From Tubiluchus corallicola (taxonomy: Eukaryota > Animalia > Priapulida), in NCBI GenBank assembly GCA_030141605.1, contig JAQGDQ010000575.1, positions 1-64,000 on the forward strand: 64,000 bases of DNA, written 5' to 3'. Positions 23,001 to 35,600 of this stretch are shown piece after piece. The notes beneath the pieces were generated by a model. It did not search any database. It was not told where the DNA came from and saw only the letters and a list, made by a program, of their open reading frames with translations. The position numbers and the translations under genes are program-made. Every line of letters starts with the position of its first letter. Position 1 is the first letter of the stretch.

Positions 23001-26000
23001 TCTCAAAGTGCTCTGTGGGGACGCGCATCTTTTTGGAACACTTCTTACAAGTGTTTCGTTTGCACAATTTACATTCATTTTTCCACTCACCAAACAAACT
23101 GAATTTAACCTTTCAGCATGTAAATGGTGGGTAATATTAAACATATATTTATTGTATTGGGACTTCCGACAAAATCACGGTTTAAACACTAAAAACGTGC
23201 TGTACAACAAAGATTGATCAACACAAACGTTTGGACAATTAATATGCACATTAAAAAACACATATGTAGATTAGCACGAGGCCCTCAGGCATTCGCTTAC
23301 CATGCCCATGCGCTAAGACAGCCTTGTATAGGCTGGTGTAGGACAAAACTTTTTCAACTGCATCGACTTCATCTATATGCAGAGATGAGAATTTTCCGCG
23401 GATACGCGAAATTCCAAGTTTTTGGAAGACCAGTAGTGCCATTTTTGTAAATCGCGTAAATTCGTTGTGAAAATTTTTACGGACCCAGTACATTATTTCA
23501 CAAGTTCACCGCTAGTTGGCGGGCCGTCACTTTGTTTACATCACGTACATCAGTGGAACCACGTGTATATCTCTATGTATAAAAATATAGAATCAATTCT
23601 GCGGAGTTATTTGAGTCAATTGCAGACAGTTTTTGTATACTTTTGCATAGGAGCGGCCAGTACTTAGGCGTTTTTGAGACAATTAGGTATCATGTATCCT
23701 TGATAGTTGGGTATTTTAAATTATGCATGAAACAAGGTAATTGGTATTTTAAGTCCACTTAGAGGCTCTCTGTGGTCACAAAATTGCAATTTGTTGCTGG
23801 CTGCAGCGGCCCCCAAACCCCCGGCCTGTTTCAGAGTTTTTTGCAATTTGTCATTTTCATCCCTGTATATAGAGAAATATCTTATTAAGCCGTCCTTTTC
23901 AAATTTGAATGTGATTGTGACTAATCTTTCTGTGTATTTGGTTTCTATATGTCAGTAAACGAGTTCGTGAACTTAGACGAGATAACTATAGAGCAACCAT
24001 ACATTTATTCGAACAAAAGAAAACACTGAATTAGTCGGGGGGGGGGGGATTTTTGTGGCTCTGTGACCTGGAGCCATAACTAGCAGCAAGTGTACTAGGA
24101 TGCCCAAAGTTCTTATCTGTAGGATGCACAATGAAATTGCAACCCTATGTCCCAGCTTGTTGAGTTACGTGGTATTGATTTTTTGTAGGCTGTTCAAAAA
24201 GTTGACTGGCACTTTGCGGCATTTGTTGAAAAGCAGGGAGATCTTTACGAGCTGGGTGAGTCTAATTAACTATATTTACTAACGATAACTAACTCAAGTG
24301 AACATGCAATGTTAGTTAGTACCGGTACGTTACACCTACACTCAAACTGGAGAAAGCTACATCTCGAAAAACATATTACGCAATACCCCAAAATTTGCTT
24401 CAAAATTTCCCACATCTTTTATGTTTGTGAAAGATGATGGCCACGGATATGGACTTCTGAAGTCGAATCTCATTCATGTCGGGGGTGTTTTCGAGCAATT
24501 CTTAACTTATACAGTACTTTCTGGCTACCCGTTCTTGGGTGTGCCCCACTTTAATTGAGTACCTGATCATGTACTAGATGAGGAAAGATATGTAGCCGAG
24601 CGATGGGTTAGCCATTAGCCACTTGTCTTCCTTGTGTGCCTAGGCCTAAAAATGGATGCCGTGTACAACTATCCCATTACTAAACCAATCAGGCATGAGG
24701 CCTTTCTTCTTCTTTTTCTTCTTCTTCTTCTTTATATTTGTTGTTATTAGGGCTGAGATGGTTAGGCTTTTAAACTGTTTAACCAACTGCTAACTGGTGT
24801 AACCATTTGGAAAACCACTAACCAGTTACTTAGCCAAGTTTTCTACGAATTTGGTTTAATGAAACCTTGTATCTTTTCTCAGTTGGCTTACGCAGTTAAG
24901 CAATGTCCCGCTTATATAAAATTGTACTATTTAAAATATTGTTTCAATTAATCTGCTTGCCTAAGAAGCATGTAAACGTAAATTGCAAAAAGCTTTTCAT
25001 TCGAGGATTACACTGTCTTGGATATTCTCGCTGGCGCATGCTAGATTTGAACTGCACCGCTTACTCGTGCAAGTCACGTGTATTTGATATTTTTTTATAT
25101 GTATGACATCATCGTGAACGGTTAACCGGTTAACCAGATTCAATTAATAACGGTTTTAACTAAAAAGCCTGCCCCTTTGAACTCTATTGTTATTACAGAA
25201 CTGCATTGTAAGATAAGGTGATATATATTTGTACGTTCATGTTAACGTGAATATTCTCCAAGTAAGGTATTGTTGCACTCTCTGTTTGTTATTTCATTCA
25301 AATTATCTCGTTCAGTCACAACCAGAAGAACTGATGAGATATTTTGAGACATTTTTTTCCTGAGCAAAGTTTGCAAGAGTTTTAATGAGGAAAAGTACTA
25401 TTAACTTGGGTTACGACATCGGAAAAATGAACACAAGAGTTTGAAATTTGGGATCTTGGAAACTCACATTTGTTGGGATATGTTTGGTGATGAAAATGTC
25501 GTCATAGGACTTTCACTTTTGATATTATCAAATGAGTATTTGACTCGTCTAGACTGTCATTGCAAAGTTTTCAGTGGCTTCATTTCTGCTAACAAGACTT
25601 TTTTCGTCAGTCAAACTGGATTGTATGCTGTTATATCTGTATACACAGGTATCTGCTGTACCTGTATATGTGACCCAACCAGACTGAGTTTGCTTGGTGA
25701 AATTATTCTCAGGGCGTGAAGTAATGTAGCACTTAGTACTGGCTTTTATCCTGGAATACATTTTTTCTTTTCTTTATGTAAAATCATAGGAATCAATCTA
25801 CCTAGAAAGGGTGCAGTCAATGGGTTATGTGTATTCATAATTTATTGACTATATATATATTGACTCGGAAGTGGTGCTGACAAGCCACTGGCATACTAGT
25901 GTCTAGTTTCTTACTGAATTACCCGTCTGCTGTGTTTGCCCGTCTTGGGGGCAGTTTCCTTTTATTTTAGAATTTCTGCTTGCCCAATGTTTGCAATAGA

Positions 26001-26023
26001 CAAGATGGGCACATGATGATGAC

Positions 26024-26058
<35 letters not shown>

Positions 26059-28826
26059 CTATATGTACACTGTACTATGTTTTTTAGAAAAGTTGTTTAA
26101 ACAATTCAGATTTATTTTATAATGGAAAAAAAACTACTTCAGTTGTTATTAATAATAATAATATTATTAATAATGATAACCTTTATTTAAGGTCAGCGTT
26201 AAGTTTTGATTAAATGGAATAATTGTGCAGCATTATTTTGCAGATATACAGCCAGCCTGATCTTTCACATATCTTAAGAGAAAAGTTCAGGTTTTTCCTG
26301 CTTGTTATGATCTTACTGTTGTGAATCTTATTTTACAGATGGCAGAAAGCAGTTTCCAATCAACCATGGCCCCTCCTCCAGTGCAACACTGCTTAAGGTT
26401 TGTTGTCATTGTCAAAATGTTTATTTTAGCTGTAGTATGAAGGACTGAAATTTTGACTCGCTTCTGCCTTACCTTGAGTGTTATTTGGAGCTGGTGAAAG
26501 TGTGAAAGTTCATTGTGAGCACTTCTTTGACAGTTGACACTTGCAAAAATCATGCAGTCTGTGAGGTAAGTTAAGCCTGGTCCTTTTGCCAGGCTGACTA
26601 AAGACAGCCACAAACAAAGCAACGAAACTTTGATTCCTTTCTTTGAAGGATATGACAAGATTTTACGAATAAAGAATTCACAACGTCAGCCAGTGATTTG
26701 ATTGTGCTCTGCACTCTGTAAAATGTGCCTGAGAGAAAGTTCGTAATTATTTTTTAATTTAGGTAACAACGAATTCGACTTTTTTCAAATAAAAATTCAA
26801 TATGGAGTATTATAAATGCAATAATGTTGTGTTAATCAATGTGGCTCGACTGGTTTTCTGAAAAGTGATGTTGTTAACTGCTATTCTGCCCACTAGATGG
26901 CGCAACGGCACTGAATATCTTGTAACAGATTTGTCCTATGGTGCAACAAGCATGGCTGATCATTAGTCAGAATTCACTTATTATAGTTGCCTTAACTAAA
27001 GTGGGCAACTATAGAATTATCGGTTCTGCCTGTCCGTCTGTCTGTCTGTCTGCCACCAGTTTTTCTCAGCTTTGGGGTAATCTAAGAAGTTGATACTTGG
27101 CATATGTGTAGGGTTTGGTTTAAACTCTGAACATATTTATTTTTGGATCAATCGGTGCACATTTCAATCTTTTGCAATCATTTGAAGATTCGCCTATAAC
27201 AAAGTTCTATATAATGTAATATGCTCATCGCTGCGTTGTACAGGATTGACAGCTGAATAATATATGATTCATTGGCAGGTTTCAAATCATAGCAATCACT
27301 AGTAAGTAAGTAAATAAGTAATTTTTTATTTTTCTCCATAAATTTACAATAATTTGACAATAAAATATACATAAATACAAACGAACATGGGAGAAAGGGT
27401 GGCGAAAAACCAAAGGTTAGCGAGTCAACCACCCTTCTCAGAAAGACAGTAAACAAAAAACGCTAATGACAGCAGAACACAACTATTAAAAAAAACAAAC
27501 GTCTATAAATACAAAAATCAAAAATACAACAACAGCAAAAAAACAAAAACCAAAAGCCAATCGTTCCTAAATATAGTCAAACTTTAAACATGATTATATA
27601 TGGTTTAAGACACAAAACACGAAAGAGAAAAGAGAGAAGAGTCTAATATAACATCTTAACATTACCCTAGCTCTGTTTTTTTGTGGACATTTATTATAAT
27701 GTTCTTAAGTTGATATGACAATCCTGTGTCAATGTAGAAAATACATTTTTAATTCAAATAAGTTTCGAGTATGTCTGCTTGATCCAACTTCAAATACATT
27801 ATCATTATGATGCTCTATTATGATGGTGACTGTACAGAGATATTAGTATAATTTTAAATTAAATCTACAGTCAGTGTCAATGCAGAAGAGTCTTTTGTAG
27901 TAGTCTCCACGTATGTTGATGTCATCAGAGCAACTGTGCCTCTCTACTTAGGTCTAGTTGATGAACACAGTCCACAAAAACTTTTGGTATTTTTCAAAAA
28001 ATATCCAAAAAAAGTAAATTGTGTCTTTGTCGTTGTTTATTTTAAAATTAAACGGCCGTTTGAATGGATGGTCTAATATAATGTATATTTCAGTTCGTGG
28101 TAGCTGTAAAGTCTGTAATATTTTGATGGCCCTTCATATGTTCATCTGAGGTACCTAATTATGTCCGTTAGTTTAGTAATTCCACTTATGTAAGTTGTTT
28201 GCTGACAAGGAATGCCTTGGAAAAGAAACTGTGAAAAAAGAGATTGTTGCCTTTTGGCATGATTGGAAACATTGATGATGCGTTTGTCATAAAGGGTTGA
28301 GGTTGCTGTGTAACAAAACCTTAGTGGCTCAGTTGGCAAGAGTGTTTGGGTTATGAGTAGGAGGCCGCAGGTTCAAATCCTGCTAAATCAATGAAATTTT
28401 TTTTGTTGACCCTTTGTGCTGCTTTTCAGAAGTAAGCAAACTCATCTAAATTCAAACCAAAAATCAGTGTAGTTTGTGTGTGTGTGTTTGGAAAATTATG
28501 ATTACATCACTAAGACATTGATTAGAAGAAAACATTTTTGTCTGAACGTCAGATGTACATATACGTAAGCAAGTTTATTCTTCGTCTTTTTTACATGTGT
28601 TCGCATGTGGTATGGTGGTAAAGTTTTTGATTAGGTATCATCGAATTACGTTTTTCCAAAGGCAAATTTCTTATATATAGCTGTAAACAATGCCAGTGAC
28701 TGTTTATGATTTAGGCTACAGATAGAAAATGAGATTTAAGTCCAGACAAGCAGAATTCTTGCATGTGATAGAAGATATTTATTGATGCTTTGTTGAAAGC
28801 AGTGAAATTGTAGTTTTATGTGTGTG

Positions 28827-28858
<32 letters not shown>

Positions 28859-31800
28859 TGCGTGCATGCGTGCGTGTATATATATAGAAATCTTTATTGT
28901 AAAAATTATACACTAGTACAGTGTAAAAGAAATTACATCACGTATAAAATCAGTGTATAATCAGTCAGTGACAGACTGATGTGACCAATTGTGTGAGTTG
29001 CTGTAAGTTAAACATCATAAGAATAAAAACATTAAAATACTATATTACATATCTACAAATTTGTATACATGATATCATGATGGTGACTTATAAAATATGC
29101 TGAATTTTAATATTTTTTGATACTTTTTGCTACTTTTTTTTGCCATGTAAGTTTCCGTACGAGTCGTATATTTTTATAGTATAAACACTTATATTATGAT
29201 GAATTTATGAGTCTAGAGCATTTTTTATATTCTCCAATTATTGATCAATTCTACTTTATCGTTTTTAGATAAGGGTCTTTTGTGAGTTAGTAGTTTGTTT
29301 TTTAGTTCTGTTTTAGATGTTTTTAATCCGTCTTTTGATTTTATACTTAAGGTAGCTGAGTTCCATAAGTTGATTGCTTGTTTTGCTTACTGAATTGTAT
29401 CCATATGTGTTTTTTGTAAGTAACTGTTTTAGATTATAGGTGTGTTCGTTTTTATGTTTATCAGGTATAGTTAACAGGGTTTGACTCCAAATCAGACCAA
29501 ACCAATCTGGTAATACGATTTTACAGTATGTGGAGTCGTTAATGGCATATTATTAGTAACTGGAAAGGGTTGACAGTTTGCAGTGTCATCAGTTTTTGTC
29601 ACTGACCATTTGTAAGTTAATAAGCCTTGGAGATATTTATGAAACAAACACCAAATTTTACTTGCTGAGCTCATATTAATGTTTTAGGTGTGACGTAGAG
29701 CAATTAACAGATGTTTTGATATTGCTTCTTTCGTACTCTATGCCATTGGCTATAGTAAAATTAATTCATCGCATGATTCATATGGTTGGATTTTCCGTAA
29801 GAGGTGAAGTTGTGTTATGGGAGCAGATGCTACAGAGAAGAGATGGAAATTTAGCTGGAGTTTCATAGAAAAGTACATTTGATATTCTCCTCTGTAACTT
29901 TCCGGTTTTTGTTTTCGTTTCATTTCCTCCCCGAGGAATTATCCCGGCGATGTTGCATGCCCCAGTTCCGGAAATCCTGAAACAGGAGCCGAATATGGCA
30001 GTATCTTTGGATTGTTGCAAGGATTGTATGATTTCTGATTTTGTGACTCGCTGCAGATGCATAGTTTCCACTTTTCCTTTATTGTTGAAAGAAATTGCAA
30101 TAATATCTGAGTCATAGAACCATTTTCTGTTGTCCTAATGTGGGTCGATACATAATTTTGGGGTAAGGGAATATTGACTTCCCCGTGACTTTATCAGCCG
30201 TACTGACTTTGGGAGAATGTATCCCAAGTTTCTAATGTGGTCCCTTTATAAAGACTTATCATTGATATTCAAAGATTCCGGTGTTGCCACAAGCACTCAT
30301 CTTTGACAGGCTTGAGTGTTGTAATCTTGTGGGATTGTCTGCATGAAAATACATGGGCATATACTAGCAATACAGGAAGACTCTACTAGTTGCTTAGTAC
30401 CGTGTGTTGTTTCCATTAACCCACCAACTTTTTATTGATATGCCTCTTCTGGCTCCCCCTATCAGCAGCTGTTGTCGTCTGGTTTTGTCTATAGTAAAAC
30501 TTCTACAGATGCTGAGCCTCACACACAGGTGTTTGGGGTAACATAAGCCTCACGATGAGTTGTATACTAAGCAGATGTGGCCAGATTTCTTTTGCTTTTA
30601 GGAGCCTTTCTGTCGTTCCTAGAATTTGCCAACCAAATTGAAACTGCCCAGCAACATTGAAAGCATCAATACCTAATTTACTGATAGTTGACATCCATGG
30701 TTTTATGCAAAGCTTTGCTTTACACTTGTGGGAAAAATAAAATGAATGTCGGGGAAATCTGTTGACAAAAGTTAGGTGACACACTTGCAAAAGTTGGAAG
30801 TGTGTCAGCTCATTGAGCTTCCACTCAAGGTTTGAGTTGTGACAATAACCCAACGTTTAATCAGTCTGTTGCTGTGATATTTAGGTTTGGATTCCTAAAG
30901 CCAGGTTCTCACTCTTACGATATGGCTTAGTTTTTGATTTGTTAATTATACATTTGCACTATTGGTATCTAAATTCATAAGAATATTTCATTTTTAACTC
31001 CTTCTCCCCGTCCTGTAATCTAGGCCCTAGGATCCTCTCATGCGAGTTGCACTTGAAATCGTGTGAGACCTCGATTCAACCTAATAGCAGACAAAGTGCA
31101 ACAGCAGCCAAGCCACTGATTCTTTTAAAGGATAACTATTTGTTTAATTTATTGATACCGTACCAAATATAGCAAACATTGTCTGCAATTTTATTTTAGT
31201 GAAGGAAATGCGTCTAAATGTTATCTTGTGTATTTTGAGCCTCTTAGTTTGAGATGAGGTGTGTAAATATATGGATGAATATGTAAAAGTTAAACAAAAT
31301 TAAAAGAAACTGCTTTTTTCTGTTTTCTTAGTCGTAGAAATGAGATATGAAACATAGATTTTAAATCTTAAAAACGCGAGATTTTTAATGAGACTTATTC
31401 GGGGTGGGGGTGGACAGCTTCTACTTAATCACCACTAGGGGTGGACGACATTAAAAAAGGTTGAAGACCACTGATCTAGGGTAACTGGTTTCTCTAGTGG
31501 TCTGTATTTTCAGTAGTTTGACTACCAGCCCTTTATACAAGATCATTATTAGTCTCTAAAATCTAATAGTCCACTGACAACTATAACGTAATTTTATAAG
31601 TTCTGTGCGTTATCGCTTATCTATGACTAAACGTTATGATCTATGACTAAAGGTTGTGTTAGCTCGTGTTACAGTGTTCACACGGACCGTTTCCGGGCGC
31701 TGACTTTCACAAATACTAGGCACCTCTTATCGCCTCCTACGCAGCGTATTTTTTTTTCTTGATGATGATTGAATTTCAGGCAGTTCGCAGGGCGGATCCA

Positions 31801-32574
31801 GGCATCCACACGTTTGAGCTCCCGTCCCCGTTTCATCGTTAAATTTAGTGGATCTTCTTAAACTAAACGATAGGAATGAAACTAATTTTGTTATAGGGTT
31901 GTAAAAAATTAAAATTTACAGATTTTCTGGCGTTGTGAGCAAATCATATGCTTGTGAGCTGACTGTTTTGTTCCGGCATTTTGTCTGAGATCTTGGATCC
32001 GCAAATTTCTACTATTATGAATGGATGAGCAAAGTTTGTATTCTAGATGGGGTTCCCGACGACGTGTACCGATTACGGACAACATGACACCCTAGATTCT
32101 TTCGAGATTTGTCTCGCGCATGTCTTAGAGTTAAATATTTTAATAAGAAATGACAAATTTCACCATTATGACTTACGTGTATGTCTTGTTACGTGTATGT
32201 ACAGAGGGCCTCGCTTTGTAATTTGTCAACAGAATGTGAACGTAAGTTAGTCTTAAGTGCAAAAAACATCGAAGCCTCTGCCGTGAACTTTGATTCCTCG
32301 AAGAGCACCACTATCAGAGGACATCCGTTATTCTACGAAGCGATTTAATCTAGTTGTTTGCTTTGTTGTCGCTAATACTGTCTATCTTAACGTCTACTTA
32401 ACGTCTTAGTTTTTAACTTTTGGTTCCCAAACACCGACAACTTGCTTGAGGCGTCTTTTTGCTACTGTTTCTCGTAAATCCATTTCTTTTGCCAGATCAC
32501 TGACTGCAATATCACTTGCTGCAAGGAAAATATTACATCCTATATCTACATCCTATAATATAATATCTACATCC

Positions 32575-32653
<79 letters not shown>

Positions 32654-35600
32654 CAACAACAATAACAACAACATCAAGAACAACAACAGCAACAACAACA
32701 ACAACAGCAACAAAAACAACAACAGCAACGACAACAACAAGAACAGCAACAGCAATAAAAACAACAACAGTTTATTATTGAAAACGCACTCCATCTGAAG
32801 ATCTCAATGCATTTTAAAGGAGAATTAAAAGAGATAAAAAACATACAATCATTCACTATAAAAATAATTAGCCAGTTGCAATTTAAAAGAAATATCTATG
32901 CATGGCATTGAATAAACAATTCACAGTTACAGTTTACTGTAAAAATAGTAAAACTGTTAAGACTTTACCTCCCAATTTACCCTCCCTGGTTGGTAGATTC
33001 TACCTAGTCTTAGAAATTGGTAACTTCATCTGCAAATAAATTCCTTGAAAGAAATCCAGTTTTGTGGTCCTGTGTTCGTACTGTGAGTTTTTTATGCAAA
33101 ACAGAATCGAGCACTCATTAATTAGACAGCAGGCAAACTCGATTTGTGTGGTCGTGGCAAGACCGGAATCTAGCTCGTTATCAAGATTTTGCCTCCAATA
33201 TGAGCCACCGAACCGGAGAAGTATCTCCGGTGTGAGTACGTGTTCTCACCATGACTTTAGCCCATACGCCTTGTTTGCTTTGTTCGTGTAACAATTGATA
33301 TAAATGATTCTGAGATTAACACTACGATGATTAGTGTGGTGATTCGCACACTAATTACTTTTGCCATTATAAAATAAATTATACATTATATTAATTTATC
33401 TATGATATTTACATTTTAAAAATATTTAGTAAAAAAAAACTGCCACCAAAACTAAAAGAAAAGGCAACGAAAATTACAAAAAATATCAGAAAAATGAAAT
33501 GCTAAAAGATTATAAGTAAACAAACATTATAAGTAAACAAATAATGTACTGTAATAAAATCGTTATGCTTGAAAGTATTATTTATGCTTCTATGATTATG
33601 AGATGACATTTTTAGTTCATTTTCTTCTGTTGTATAAATTACCGGGTAACAAAGACAGAATATGATAAGCAAAGAAAAACAATGAATTTCTTATAAATAA
33701 GATTGTTTTTTATTAAGCATTTATGTGAAATAAAGTTTGAAATCATTTGTGAAAAAACTGGTTTGAAATATTTTAACTTGAGTTAAAAATTCCATTTTCA
33801 GTTTCAGGAAAAAGGACTAGGACACTCATAAAATAATTTTTACGAATGAGTCCTGCTTTTGCGTTTACTTTTTGTCTAAGTGTTAAGCTCGTATATAAAG
33901 AAGTTTTAACGTTTCTGGTCAATTTATAGCCTGGTGAGTTTAACAGTTCGGTTATTTGTGCACAGAATGTTAAAATGGTGCAATACAAACATTGCGGCTC
34001 GTTGTGAGTACCGTCGTCACCACAGGTGTTTGGTTATGGCGTTAAAATGTGACTTTTCTGGGCTTAGAAATGTTTCGTTTAGCCTAGAAAATTAAAAATA
34101 CACGTACAGTGTTACAAACATTAAATTTGTGTAAATTGAGTCTGTATTGTTGACGTTTGTTGAAGTTAATTCGACGTTTGAAAATTACGTTTTAGATTGA
34201 TTGTAGAAGGCATTAAAAATAATCAAAACTAGTCTATATGTATGTTTAGCAAAACTTATATACACATGGATGTAAACCTATACATCTATAAGCCTATAGG
34301 TTATGTCATGTATTATATGTCATGTATAAGTTGTGTATGAGAGTAGCAATAGATATTACTACTTTAATCTACGTATTATATGTTTATTATAGATATGTAT
34401 ATAAAATAAGTATCTCCGCTTTCCTGCATGATTTGCACTTACCTGTGAACTATATAGGTCGATATACCTAGAGTACAATAATCATAGATATCAGTTTAAA
34501 TTGTATACATAGCCACCCATAAAGTATATCGAAATATTAATTTATTCTGGGCGAATTACTTGGTGTGAAACTTTAATTCTTAACGTAAGAAGTGCGCCAT
34601 TTTAGAGCCTCGAAAGCTCTCGATTCACTTTTTGTGAAACAACAAACCTAAATTCAATTCATTCTGAATGTACAACTGTATATATGGTTATCTATAGTAA
34701 TTTTCCCGCATTGCGAAATAGAAAATACGTTTCGATAGTGGGAAAACTTCAAAACGCCGTGTGATGTAAGATTTTAAACGATTTGGCAACCATCACTTGA
34801 AAGTATCAGCACAAAATAATCCTAGATGGATTCATAGAAGTTTTTAAGTTAAAGAATAAACGTTAAAAACATCCGTGAATCCGTCTATGATTTTTGTTGT
34901 GCAGTGTAATGTATTCCAGCATTTCTGCTCGTTTATTTTGTGTTGCTTTGCAAATATTTTCTTATTCTTAACTTGAATGCTTCTATAAGTGGTAAGTTTA
35001 GATAAGAAAGCGCGTAAGAAATTTTAATTGCACTGAAATATTCGTGTATATTAAGTACATGTTTTCACGAAAGTTCGTCACCTTTGTCTGTTATGCGTGT
35101 GGGCGAAGCTGCGCTTCAGAAGCGGAGGAGTTTGTGTCGGTGATTACACTGCCGTGTATTGTATGAGCGAAGCTGAATTTCAAAAAAAGACCAGTGTCTG
35201 CCTAGATTACACTGTTGTGCATAGGCGGAGCTGCATTTCAAATGTGGTGCAATCTGAGGTCAGATTGTGTGGTCGTGTGCAAGTGAAGCTGCTCTCAAAA
35301 AACGAAATACTGTATAAAGAATTACGTGAACATTAAATTGTTTGCATGTCTCAGTGAATGTTGCAAAATGCATGCGTGTGGTTGGCAGAGTTGGCAAAAA
35401 TCACAGCTCTGCCAAGCTCCAAGTCTCTCTAAAGGATTTGCATATATAAGCTTTTGATTATAAGCTTTCGATGACATCATCTTTTAATAATAACGCTAAT
35501 TTTGAATGAACAAGTACACGCGCGCACACCCTCACACACGCATGCATGCACGCACGCACGCACACACACACACACACACTACTTATTCTGCTTCTTGTTT

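Noticed and set aside
35098-35305. Regularly spaced repeats with variable spacers (CRISPR-like look)
   Set aside because: Eukaryotic intron, degenerate cores, spacers partly similar to each other and no cas genes; it is a decayed minisatellite.
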